A DNA stretch of 62,962 bases, counting the filler, from Sphacelaria rigidula (taxonomy: Eukaryota): assembly GCA_964200075.2 (NCBI GenBank). It is 9 parts of 9 records of this genome, joined end to end, with 100 filler letters (N's around TTAATTAATTAA, not from the genome) between each part and the next. Parts side by side here need not be neighbours in the genome. Positions count along the whole stretch, not along the records: positions 35,037 to 41,943 come from CAXNAA020017477.1; positions 42,044 to 48,950 come from CAXNAA020017478.1; positions 49,051 to 55,956 come from CAXNAA020017479.1; 6 more parts are not named here. One strand, given 5' to 3'. Shown in pieces: positions 37,450 to 50,380 of the stretch. The notes beneath the pieces are model-generated. The model did not search any database. It was not told the DNA's origin and saw nothing but the letters and a program-made list of their open reading frames with translations. The position numbers were made by a program, and so were the translations under genes. Positions within the stretch are counted from its first letter, which is position 1. The number at the start of each line of letters is the position of its first letter.

Positions 37450-39853
37450 GGTTATTTCGCATGGGTCGTCGTGTATGACTACTCCTGTGAAGGAGGGTAT
37501 GTTCAACGATGTCAAGACAGACGGTAGTGTCGGGTCAACCATTGCAAATGGTATAACACTTCCCATCGAGGGGTATGGGCGCTTGACTTCATTCTTTCAG
37601 ATTGACGGATATGAGTTCCGACTACATCTCGGAAAAGTAGCACACGTACATTTTCTAGATTTCAACCTTGTCCCCCTCATGGTAGCAGCTGACAATAATC
37701 ACCCGTCACTGGTATATAAACCAGGAGCACGTGTACCCATGAATAATGGGCAGGATTTGGTTTTCCTTCGCGAAGGGAACATGAGCACAATCCGCGCAAC
37801 TCGCCTATCGTCGTCCCCAAGCGCATTGGACGGTGCGTTTGATTCACCTGAAAGCGAGTTTGCCAACGCCGTGCTAGCCCCTGGTTTTTTACCCCTCAAT
37901 GGTCCCATCAATATCAATTTGTTACATCAATCGTATGATCATCTGAACGAAGCACTGCTACGAGAAACGGCTAAGGCTATTGGTGTCGGGCTTCAGGGAG
38001 AGCTGGAGCCGTTCAATGGGTGCTCGCTGGCTAAGGGCCTACGACGGCCGATTCCGCGGAAGACAACCACACGTACAGTTAAGAGACTATGACGTGTGTT
38101 TGTTCATCTGTGTGGACCCAAGGGTGTACAGAGTCTGGGTGGTAGGAGGTACTACATGTTGATCCGATGTGACTTCTCGCGAAAATTGTGGGTGTACTTT
38201 GCACACCTGATGTCAAATACAACAGCACTTTTCAAGCTGTTGTTGGCAGATGTAAGAGAATATTATGGTATTCCCTCGATTGTAGAATGTGCACGCAGCG
38301 ACTCCGGTGGGGAGTTCGAGGGAGATTTATGTGACCTATGCAGGGAACGATTAATCGAGCAGGAGTTCAATCCTGCAGACAGCCCGCAGTGCAAAAGAGT
38401 GTCAGAACGTGGAGTTGCGATGTTAGAGGCAACCGCAACGGTGGCTAGGACAGATGCTGGACGTTTGTACAGCGTTGATGTCCTGGGATAGTTGTGAGCT
38501 TAATCTATTCATTTTGCCGCCGACGCCCTCCACCGATCTGCAACGACTGCTAACCCTGGGGTGAAGTCACCGAACGAGATGTTTTACGGGGTAGTTTCCG
38601 AGCTCAATATTTTGCCGGTTTTCAAGCCGGAATATTGCAAACAGCAACGTACTTCGAAATCTATGGCCAAGGCACAAGATTTTTTCAGGCTGGACCCCCT
38701 CAAAATCATCCCCGTGATTCCATGCGCGTGCTAACAAAGACTTGTTACGTAATCACAACACGAAATGTGACATGGAGACGGTTTTGTGTGCCCATGCAGC
38801 ATGAAGTTTCTCCTTCGGTGAGAGGGAGGGATACTTCGCTGGGTACAATCGGCGAGGCCAACTCCGACGATGGAGTTACGGAAGAGAAACGGCCGGGGTT
38901 CCAAGGCCCGTGACACATTCACGTGAAAGGTGGGAGGATACCAGCGATGGTGATCCCACCGAAGAGGATACTTCCTCGAGCAGGGAGAGCAGTGCTCGTA
39001 CATCCCTGGTGGATTCATCTTCGGGTGATGAATCGTTGAGCGGGGAGGGCGAGGATGGTGAACCTGATGCTGCGCGGGACACCAGCTTCAGCGTGATTGA
39101 GCACCCGCGAGTGAGCCGCGTGCGCTCGGTCGCACCCGGCAACAAACTCGTATCCAGGAACAGCAAGCATCACCGATAGTGGAAGAAGGTAGTGTGGGCA
39201 ACATCATCATCAGCGAAGCGAGGATGAGCTCCCCTGACCCTGAACCGCGTGTGCTTGGACGCACTCGACAGCAAACCCGAGCTCTAGAGAACAGCTTGTT
39301 GACACAACTGACGGATCTACATGGCAACATCTACTTCGCAAGTTCATTTGTAGCATTCGTTGCAGAGGCGGAGGAGTATGGCATAAAACGAATGCATTTA
39401 ACAGACGTAGAGCCGGCGCCGAAAACCCGCCGTCAACTAGTAGAGTCAAAGCCACAAGTACTGTGGGAGAAGGTAATGCACAGTGAGTTTACAGGTCTGC
39501 TAGAAAAAAGTACTTTTGAATCGGTAGATAAGCTTTCAGGGGATCGTGATTTCATTGGTACGATGTAATTTTGAAGTCGAGATACAGATCAAGACGGGTT
39601 TGTGGACAAGCTTAAGGCGAGGTTCGTGTGCCTGCGTAACCTACAACAATTTGATATTAATTTTGAAAACACCTTTGCCCCGACCCCACTTACTCTCATA
39701 CCAAGAGTACCTACTGCGTATGCTTTCCAAATTGACCTCGAGATGTATCACTTCGATGTCGAGCGAGCATTATTTATTCAGTCGACCCTCGAGGGGGAGA
39801 TCTACATACGTTGGAGATTTATCCGGACGATTCGTGACAGCTTCATGGCCTGA
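37450..39853 (+). mobile_element. Decayed Ty1/copia pol: protease remnant, GAG-pre-integrase, integrase, RT N-terminus
   Basis: ANGITLPIEGYG; LLHQSYDHLNEALL..CSLAK; HLCGP..DFSRKLWVYF..RSDSGGEF..VSER; KLKARFV..TFAP..HFDVERA. Many stops and frameshifts. Confidence 0.88.
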
Positions 39854-42476
39854 AGCAAGCGGGTAGAGCTTGGAACGCTACGCTTGTGACAGATGTCAAG
39901 GAAGACGGGTTTGAGCAGTGCATGACCGAACCATGACAAAGTTTTCTTGCGATTGAGATTACAGCGCTGATTGACAGTGACTTTGATCATTTGCTTCAAA
40001 TTAGACAATTTTTCATTCCATGTGCGCTTTTATTTGTCTCCTATCACTGGCGTGTCCTTACAGCTACACGTCGATATCCTACTCACGGGTATCAAGGGCC
40101 TTGGTGGCAAGCTACTACAGAAATAATATCGGGCCTCGTCGAGGGGCATTTCGAAACTGAAACGATTCATTTACTATTAGACCGATTGTCATTCTCAGTC
40201 GTATCCTCTACTCTTAATCACACAAAAGTGAAGGATCGGAGCGTAGCGGGATCTGCGGTTTGCGTATCGGTACGAATCGTTACATAGTGCAACGGATCAA
40301 GCTGCCGCATTACAGCGAAGCAAGAATCGGATTCAGCGTAGTCGGGAAAAGGAGCAGAAACAACAGTACAGTACGGTGTTTATTCAACAATATCGTCAAG
40401 CAACGCAGCAGGCTATTTCGTTTTTCAGCGATATCGTCAAGCAGCGCAGCAGGCGATTTCGTTTGACTTTTGATTTCGGAGCAGCGCAGCAGGCGATGTC
40501 CTCCTCTTCGCAAGGGTCCCAGCCTTTGGAAGGGACATCCGTACGGGGGGCACCGCCCCGAACACACACCGCCGAGGGGCAACCAGAACATCCGGAGGTA
40601 CAACCACCGAGCGGACAAGGGGCCCATGCAAACAGGCAGCAAGGACGGGACAACAGCGACACACTAGACGAGATTGTATCCGTGATGAACGTAATGCTAC
40701 CCGTAATCCAAGCGACCGCGGTTCGGGTTAAGGGCTGAACCTCCTACTCTGCGCTGGGGTCTATGTATAAGAAGAGGTCGTGGGACCTCTGTTGTTGAAT
40801 TGATTCCCTCGTTGATAAATGTATATTATACTCTCCACCCAAAACGTAAAAACCCAGAAAAGTACACTGCCAAAAAGTGGCGCGGTCCATCATGAAGAGC
40901 CATTCATGTAGAAAAACAACACGTCAGAACCTAATTCCTTGGCCACGCGATTGGGCGTGTGCCTCTTCAGTGGATTCTTGCTGCAACCAACAAATCGGGT
41001 ATATCCTTAATAACAGAATTGTATCTCATATTTCCCCATCACCCATATGTCATAATCCAACCACAATATCCATTCACCATGCATCCAGGCCTGATTACAT
41101 GCATCCATCATTGCGTGTGAGTATATTCGATTAGCCCTCCTACTCACAGCTCAACTCTACTCAATTCCCCAAGTCTCATGCTCTCATATTCGATTAGCCC
41201 TCCTGCTCACGGGTTAATTCTACTCATGCCTCAAACCTCACTAGACAATATTCAATGCTATAGGATCAAGCACAAAAACTCGTCCCACCCGTGTACTGAC
41301 ATTTGGTAATGCCATCTACTTAGCAAACTGAAATTCCTTCCTTTAGTCCTTTTCCTCAATACGTTACGACATACTTATGCTATTCATCCACCCCATCACG
41401 CCTTTCAGTACTGAAAAAGAATTCCAATTCAAAAATTCAAATCATCGCAAACCCAAATGTAAAAAAATCCCAGAGATATTCAACAAAAATAGAAAAATTC
41501 ATCAACCAAACGCAAAGTCGAAAACCAGTCCAGTTTCCGATATTAGCTATGGCAACTTTTGTGGCCCCCAAAGTCCATTACCAAAAACTATTGAAACATA
41601 TTTTGTCTGCAACAAAAAATCAAATGCGGTCGTACCCGTCGAAGACCGAAATCCAACACCAAAAACCGTTGAATTTTTTTTGTCTGCAACAAAAAGTCAA
41701 ATCCGGTCGTACCCGTCGAAGATAAAATAATTCATTGCAAAATTGAAAATATTGCAACCATGGCCCCGTACCCCTACTTTCCCGGGGTGGATAAATGTCC
41801 CCGAAAACAAATCAAGCCAGCTCAAACCGAACCGATGTACCAGTGTCTTGCATACTCTACATGATGTTCATGACAATATTACGGTGGACACTTTCTACGA
41901 TAGCCCCCCCCCCCAAAGTGCATGGTTTTGGGAGGCAAAATCTNNNNNNNNNNNNNNNNNNNNNNNNNNNNNNNNNNNNNNNNNNNNTTAATTAATTAAN
42001 NNNNNNNNNNNNNNNNNNNNNNNNNNNNNNNNNNNNNNNNNNNCGGCTCTACTTCTCCAACTCCTCGCGACGTTAACACGCCTTGAGCTGGTCTCGTTTG
42101 CTGCAAACTGATCAGGCCTGCAGACTTCCCTATCTTGAAATGTCAGCTGCTTTTCAGCGGACCTACCGCCCCAGCGGACTTAATGAACGTTCATTATAGA
42201 CCTCTGTCACTCAAGATCAGATTGCCATGTGGACTCCTCCCATCACGGGCACATGGACTTCAGCAGTTTGAGGTATTTATGTATTAACCCTCAGCATAGT
42301 ACAGGAGAGCAGGACCATATAGCCTCTCTCCACCAGAGTAACAAAACCGGCTGTACTCGTCATGAAGGTCACCATCACAGAGTCCGGCAATCAGACACAC
42401 AACTCCACCTACAAAATCCCTGACCTTAGGTAACAATGGTGGCTAGGTCTACATTGCGGAACAAGTCCGCAATGCT

Positions 42477-45400
42477 GTGGGTTTTGTTGAACCGAAATCC
42501 TCAACAGCTCAAGTTACAGTAGTGTATAATGGGTCTCTTGATATGATACGACCGGGTACATTGTCGTGGATTCCTGTCAAACTATGTAACATGGACCGAA
42601 AGCCCACAGGAAGTGGCCCTCATTATGTATCTCTGGATCCAGAATGGTCTCCCCATGAGATTATCATAGAAGCAGGTGAATCCATCATTCCTCTCCGTTA
42701 TACCGGGTTAGAAGGACAGATGTTGTATCCAGGTGCTACTCTTGGCTCTGTGGGGGCACCTTTGGTACCATGCTCTCTGGAGGACGTGAAGATTTCTGGA
42801 ACAAAGGATCCGGAACCCGAAGAGATATTCATGGTGGACCAAAAATTAGAAAAACTTCCGGTTTTATCAGGCTTAAATGACAAACAACAACAAGTATTCG
42901 CGAAGATGTGGGGGAGTCTCCCCGCACATATGAGAAAAATAAAGTTTGGATTGGAAGGTGCACATTGGACGGTTGAGGACATTGAAAATTTGGGGGACCT
43001 GTTGCGCAAATATTCACATCGATTGTCAAAAGACAAGATGGATTTGGGGTACTGCACTGTGGACCCGTTTGAAATTGAACTTAAACCGGGCACGAGGCCC
43101 GTTAAACAGCGCCCGTACTGTCATAACCCGGCAGTTCAAAAGAAAGTGCAAGTGGGAATTGATCGCATGCTGGCAGCAGGCATTTTGAGGAGATCTTATT
43201 TCAACTGGAGTAGCCTGCTAGTAGTTGTAAACAAAGCGGATTGGTCGATTCGAATTACGTGTAACTACAAGAAGGTGAATGATAGTACAATAATTCCGGT
43301 GTTGCCAATTCCCATCATTGAGGAACTGTTGGATGAACTGGGAGGGGACAAAATATTTTCATGTTTGGACATCACCTCAGGATATTTGAACGTGGCTATA
43401 CATCAAGACTCGATTCCGTTGACGGCAATTTGTACGCAAAGTGGCCTATATGAGCGGTTAGTTATGCCGATGGGATGCAGTGGAAGTCCAGGTTGGTTTC
43501 AGGCGATCATGGCGAGAATATGTGATGGTTTGGAGCGATGCCGACTCTACATTGATGATGTCTGTACTTTTAGCGGAACAGGACGGCAGCACATCGATGA
43601 CTTGGAAGGTCGTTTTCAACGGCTGACCAAGTACAACCTGAAGTTGGCACCGAAAAAGGCACATGTTGGAATGAAGGAAACGAAATTTTTGGGGCATCAC
43701 ATTTCCGCGGCGGGAATTTCTCCTGACCAGGACAAGGTGAAGGCGTTGAAACGAATGCCAATGCCGTCTGATGTATCTCAGCTCAGATCATTAGTGGGAG
43801 GTTTGGGATACTACCGTAAATTTATTCCGCGCATGGCTGCGAGACTCAAACCTCTCATGCATTTGTTGAAGAAGGGAGTTCGTTTTGATTTTACCTAAGA
43901 GCATGAGTCTATCGCCAAGGACATGTTATCATCGTTGACAGGGGAAAATGTTTTAGCTTTTCCAAACTATGAAAGTGCAGCTTCTGGGAAACGACCATTT
44001 ATGCTCACTACAGATGCATCACTGGATGGCCTAGGCGCGGTGGTGGAACAAAAACAAGAAGATAACATTGTTCGACCTCTTGTTTTCTTAAGTAGAGGTA
44101 CACTACCCAACGAGAGAAATTGGAGTGTTTCAGAATTAGAAGCAGCGGCTATTGTGTGGGCCATCAAAAGAACAGACCACTTTTCTACGGAGTGCCGTTT
44201 GAAATTTACACTGACCATCAGCCTTTGCGAAATTTATTAAGTCTTGCAAAAAAAGTTCCGAGGGTTCAACGTTGGCATGACTTTTTAAGTGCGTACACTT
44301 ATAAAATGAAGTACAAACCAGGACGAGTGAACGCGAATGCGGATATCTTGTCTCGTTCACCACAGCCACCGAATGATGATGGTATGTCTGCGGATGCCCG
44401 AATAACGGACCCAGGAGACATGGATGTCTACTTTATTGGCGCTGGTGGAGTATGGCCGAGAATTATATTTTTTTTTTACCAGGGATGGACACGTGGGATC
44501 CATTGTAAATAACCAGGATTCGAACTTGAATGGGCTAAACCCTGAGTCGGTTTTTAAAATTGGGGGAAAAGAAGTAAGTGAAACACCGCTCACGACCTCT
44601 GAACAAGCTAACCAAAGACGGATTGAGCTACAACGAGCGAAGGGCAAGGAAAATACACTTGTGGGGGGAGAAAAAGCGGACAAGTCTTCGTACGTGTTAC
44701 CAGATGACTCACCGTTAATTTTTCCAAAGATTGATAACATGGTCAGGGGACAATGGGATCAAGGTTTGATTTTGGAGGCATGTCTGATCACGAAAATAGG
44801 GAGGAGATTGTTACAACCACAAGAACACAGAACTGTGGCAGTAATTGAACCCACAATCGATGTAGGAAGCAGTAGTGCGGAACCAGCAACAACGATACCA
44901 TCGACCCTTGAAGCAGAGGAAGCCTGTAACTTTGGGGAACGTTTATGTCAGAGATCGACAAATGAGTGGGCCCGAATACAGCAGGATGATCTCACGTCGA
45001 GGACAGTCGTCGAATATTTGAAGAAACGAGTGACGGTATTGACGAAGGATCAAGAGAAGGGGGTTCCCACACGAATTGATCTATCGGAATTTAAAAGATT
45101 ACTGAAGCAGGGAACACTGTTCGAAATATCGGATGGAGATCTGTTACTAGTAAAGAAGCAGACTCCAAGACCCAGTCAATCGGACAGAAACCCGCGACAA
45201 TTTGAGAGGTATTTAGGGGAAGAGCCAACCAGAACGTATGTACCACTACTTTTGAGACCTTGGGTAATGGACCAAACTCATAAAGAAGCTATTCATTTGG
45301 GGGAAGGTATCACGTTATCTTTGTTGAAATGGTATTACTGGTGGATTGGGATGAAGGGCAGTGTTGAATTCTGGGTCAGGAGATGCTACACATGTCAAGC

Positions 45401-47116
45401 TCGGAAAAATCCAAGAGACACAGTAAGGTGGCCACTTATTTCCTTACCACTGCCGAGTCAACCAGGGCAGATGGTTTCGTTTGATCTGTTGGGTCCGCTC
45501 CCAAAATCAACGACAGGGAATACATACATACTTTTGATGGTGGATCTCTTTAGTAGGCATGCAGAAGCATATTCCCTTTCTAAAGAAGAGAAAACAGCGG
45601 AAGGTTGTGCCGACATTTTAGTGCACGACTATATTCCAAGATGGGGATGTCCTCACACGTTACTGTCGGATCGAGGAACGGAGTTTACCGCAAAAGTAGC
45701 AAGAATTGTCTATGAGATGTTGGGAGCCGTGAAACGATACACGAGTGCGTATCATCCGCAAACTAACGGGATGGTTGAGCGATTAAACCACACGTTATGT
45801 CAAATGTTGTCGTATTTGGTGGCTGATGACCAGAAACATTGGGATAAGCTATTACTACACGCAATCTCTGCGCATAACAACAATGTAAGTAGAGGGATTG
45901 GGTCAGCGCCGAATGAAGTTCACATTGGGAGGTATCCAAGGTTACCCATGACTATCCTTGAGAGAAGAGGTGTGTATGGACATCAAGGGTTGAAGGCTGA
46001 TCAACTGACATATTTACAGCTGATGGAGGATCGACAAATCAAAGCATACGATCTTGTTAAACAAGAGGACTACTTGATTAAATCCAAACATGAGTCGAAT
46101 AACGAGCAGGTGGAAGAGGCTCTAAATCGAAAACCAAAGTGGGAAGTAGGCAACTGGGTGTTTGTCTATGATACAAAAGGTACAATTATGTCAGGGGGAA
46201 ATGCGGTAAAGGAAGGGGGGAAACAGTTTTATCGTCTAAACTGTCTCACTCCTGGAGAGGGCCATATAAAATCTTGGTGGTAGGGCCAGGTATTTCGGAC
46301 AAGGGAGAAATCGTGGGAGAAAAATTATTGTTGCTTGAGCTGCGGAAAAATGAGCCAGGAGCAATCATGAGTCCCCGAGTTTCTGTGTTGAGATGTAAAC
46401 GGTGTTTCAACCCAAGAGATGAACCGGAACCGCCGAAATCTTTACCCTGGGGTTTGAGTCAGTACGTGTTGAGTCAATATTCGGAACTATCACCTCCGTT
46501 ACATTTGACCGAGGAAGATGTGTCGATATAGTTGGACACGTATAGGCTGAAGCCCACGAAAATCGTGAGTCATCGTTTATCCCGTGGTTTGGATGGAAAA
46601 CTCTCAGTTCAATATTTATTATATTGGGAGAATCTAGAAAGACCCAGGTGGGAGCACGAAGAGGACTTGAAACAATATGGAAGAGTAATTTTGACATATT
46701 GGATGGGCAGCCCTAATATGGAAAAGCCGGATAATGCGAAGTATCGAAAGTACCGGGCGAATTTGGCGAGACGGGAGGAGGCTCTGGAAAGAGGTGAAAT
46801 GTTTGTGGCTCAAGGCTATGAACTGAGGAGCAATGTCACTGCTGGTCCTCACATCTATGACCCTCAACTTGTCGGTTGTTATATTTATTATTTGACGCAG
46901 ACGAGGGGGTGGCAATTGGCACAAGTGATGGCTCTTCAGGGGGATGCGGCTTTCCAAAGACGACCGCACACTCTGAGGATGTTGGACCTTGGGCGGAGGT
47001 ATAATGTTCATCTTTTGGAGGAAAATTTGAACACCTCTCGGAACCAAGTGGAGGATTGGTGCTGGCACTACCATGTGCAGAAGAGAACTTCAAAATTCTT
47101 TGCGCACACGCTATAG
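42477..47116 (+). mobile_element. Ty3/gypsy chromovirus pol (RT, RNase H, integrase, GPY/F, chromodomain, C-terminal extension), disrupted
   Basis: RT LDITSGY..MPMG..YIDD..FLGH..GYYRKFI; RNase H TDAS..ELEAAAIVWA..TDHQPL; integrase H..H..CYTC, FDLLGP, SDRGTEF, YHPQTNGMVER; WRGPYKI; chromodomain KIVSHR..QYLLYW..WEHEEDL. Stops at ~43896 and ~46529; frameshifts near 44170, 44470 and 46230. Confidence 0.96.
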
Positions 47117-48483
47117 CTGGAGCCTTTGGAGGAGAACCGCAAACATCATCGGATCTGAAGACGGACATCAGAATATATAGATGAGTGGGGTGGTTTGGCA
47201 TCGGTACATGACGACGAGACGGAGATGGAGCTGTGCCAGGAGTACGATGAAATGGCTAGATTTATTTTCTCATCTTGGTTGGAATGTTTTCTCTGTCTTA
47301 CCTTGGGGTTGACTGTTATAATAATTGTGTAGGTCGAACGCAGGCAGCAATTTCAATGAAGAGAGCCGATTTGTGAAGTGTAATGCATGTTAAAATAGGA
47401 TACGATAAGGAATGTAGTCATCCTTTTGAGTTCTTCTATCGGAATCAAATGAGTTTGGGGCGGCTGGGTTGAGTATCAATGGGATATATTGAGGCTCCCC
47501 AGAGTTTTTGGCGTTTTTTAATTAGTTTGTTCACCGAAATCATCTAGACTAAATATGAAATTTAGGTTCACAGAATGGGCTGATGTGGTGAGCCGAACTC
47601 TCGAACGTGTTTTGGTTTTGTACAGAACTAGTTCTAGTTTGAAGATATGAACTTGTGTACGGGTAAATCGGGATAAAACATGATCAACGAACACTTGTCC
47701 TGAGTTCAAAGATGGAATTGCAGTATTTCAAGACTTAGCAAGTATAAATCGGGTCTCAGGCTAAACAAGAGTTGTTATGTCCGATGTTGAAGTGGTAGAA
47801 GTAAGGAAAACTTGTAATCCGGATCGGAAGGTCAGAGCAGTAGTAGGATGTTGAACGCTAGATTCAAGGATTGTGATGTGCTGTGGACTAGTGTTGGACA
47901 ACAGACGAGAAAAGCTGACTGTTGAGTGTACTTTGAGACTGAAAAGTGAGTTCTTTTAGAATAACATCACAGGATAGGTAGTCAAGTACGACAAAAGGGA
48001 TGGGGAAGTACCGAGTTGAGGACCGAAGGGTTTTCGGCGCTCAACCCCCGCGAGCTTCACTCCTTTTTACACCTTATTTTCTTGGTTTTTGTGTGCTATT
48101 TCAAGAGCAGTTACAGGTGCGGAATTGTGTGAGGGAATACAAATTCTAGTACAAATAACGAAAGAAAGAAGCATAAAACATCTTCGTGTTTTGGGCACAG
48201 AGGACCTTCCTCTCATCTTGGCTTTGACTGAACACTACATCTAGCTCCTATAAAACGGTTGAATCTACATTTGGAGAAGTGAGCGACAGCTTCTCTCACG
48301 ACAGGGGGGTATCGCAGGACCAGTCATTTTACAAAAAGGAGATTTTGAAAACGGGGATTATCTCCTTCGTACTTCCGGTTGGTTATTTCCCGTCGTATTT
48401 CGCAACATATTATAAGGAAAAATGCCGCTAGGAAATTACTATGAGAGATGTTGACCCTAGCTTACGGTTGCAGATATATTTTT

Positions 48484-48491
48484 GAGGGGGG
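48484..48491 (+). promoter_or_regulatory. Candidate polypurine tract preceding a possible 3' LTR of the gypsy element
   Basis: TTTT-GAGGGGGG-TG about 1.37 kb after the pol stop; no second LTR in the contig to confirm it. Confidence 0.4.
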
Positions 48492-50036
48492 TGGGTACCG
48501 AAAGGGTGGGGGGTACCAAAAGAACGATCAGCGGAAACCGAAGGGATGTGCAGGCCAAGGCGAGGTACAAAGACCTAAAGACTTCGCCATGCCAAGCGCC
48601 CTGTGTTCATGTAAAAACACCTGAAACGTAGACTTCCCCCGATCGCTGCTGGCCCAGCTCGCACTGTGTGCAACCTGCCGTCTTCAATCTATAGTGCCAT
48701 ATCAAGTAGGCGGCAGTATACAGACCAAAGTACTGTACTGTCCAGTACTGTCTGTACTGCACTCCTCCATATCAATTCTAGTGCAGCCGTTGTATATTAC
48801 CGTCTCCAATCTGACATGTGCGCATGTATACTGCCGTATGCGGCAGGCAGTATTGTACTGCCTAGTTCTGCCTGTACTGCACGTTGCCCACATCATCATT
48901 AGTACAGCCGTCGTACTATCGGCAAACTAACATTTCCATCCTTCTGTACTNNNNNNNNNNNNNNNNNNNNNNNNNNNNNNNNNNNNNNNNNNNNTTAATT
49001 AATTAANNNNNNNNNNNNNNNNNNNNNNNNNNNNNNNNNNNNNNNNNNNNAGATCAACAAGCTAGCCAGACACGAAGCACGCAAGAACGAAAGCAGGCAA
49101 CCAAGCAAGCAAGCAAGCAAGCAAAGCAAGCGTAGCGTACCCTAGCAGGTGTAAAACAGTACAGAACTCTACATGCAAACCTGAAACAGCCTACGGATCA
49201 CATGAAACTTTCTGAAAATAATAAACAATCACAAAACATGGTTACAAAAAGCGCTTGCGCTTCTCGCACACGTACACGTACACACCACAACGAAGACTGA
49301 AATCGAAAAAGAAAAAAAAACGGCACGCACAAAAGACAGCAAAACTCATACAGTTCACTGCAACCTTACAAGGAAGCCCCCGGGCAGATTTTCGCGCGTA
49401 CAACTCACGTGATCGTAGGAATCCTCCTCCTCCGACGAGCCCAGATCCGAATCCTCGTCAGTAAAGTCGTCTTGCTCTGCAGCCGCCGCAGCTGCTGCTA
49501 GCGCCCACGCCGGGCTATAACCCACCAGCACCGAAACGACAATAAAACAAGAGGACACGCGAACATTCCACGAGTGAACATGAGGTATACCCACTCTCTC
49601 GACACAACATGCATGCCCGTGCGTTTCAGAGTTATCCAGCTGTCGAAAAAGTATCTCCGACGACACTAGCTGCTGCCAACGACGTCGGGACGAGGCGACA
49701 CGCCGACCGTGAAGCGTCACAGGCTGTGAGGGGCGGAGAAGTTGAGGAGTTCAAGGCAAGACCTTCGCACGAACAGGGGAAGGGAAGGGAAGGGAAAAAA
49801 CATAAATACACGTACACATACACACTCGAGAAAAAGAGGATGGCTGATTGTACGAGACATCGATGTTGAAATCATTCAGGATCCTCCTCAGTGCGATGCG
49901 TTCCGAATCTTACCTCTCGTATGACTTCGCCCCTCTCGACCCGTGGGCGGGATTTTTGTTTCTTTGAAAGCCGTGGCCGTAATCAATTTTTCAAGACACA
50001 AAATGGTACCGAAAATAACGAGTGTTCCGAACATTG

Positions 50037-50260
50037 CAAGGGTGTGTCGGGCAGGGTAAACACCCGGGTATTTCCTCTCCCGAAACTCGTGTTGCAACAG
50101 TCCGACCTCCAAATTCCACACAAGTACGATCGCAACACTTTTACCCAATGTCTGGGTGTTGTCGAGTACGAGCTCGCCACTCTACCCAAGGTTTGGGTGC
50201 TCGGAGTACGACTTTTGAAACTATCCAAACGTAGGAGATACCCTACGCGACCCACCCTTG
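50037..50260. mobile_element. MITE related to the 14364 element (CAAGGG termini)
   Basis: CAAGGGTGTGTCGGGCAGGGTA...TACCCTACGCGACCCACCCTTG; internal AGTACGACTTT is shared with the 14364 element. No TSD seen. Confidence 0.7.
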
Positions 50261-50305
50261 TTCACTCCGGAAAAAAATGAAAAAAAATTAAATAACGCCA
50301 CTGAT

Positions 50306-50365
50306 GCAAGCACCAAGCACCAAGCACCAAGCAACAAGCGCCAAGCACCAAGCAACAAGCAACAA
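50306..50365. repeat. (CAAGCAC)n heptamer repeat
   Basis: About 8 units read directly. Confidence 0.9.
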
Positions 50366-50380
50366 TGGTACTAGTATCAC

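Noticed and set aside
42698-47201. Antisense ORFs over the gypsy pol (and over the copia pol)
   Set aside because: These are shadows of the coding strand with no independent motifs.
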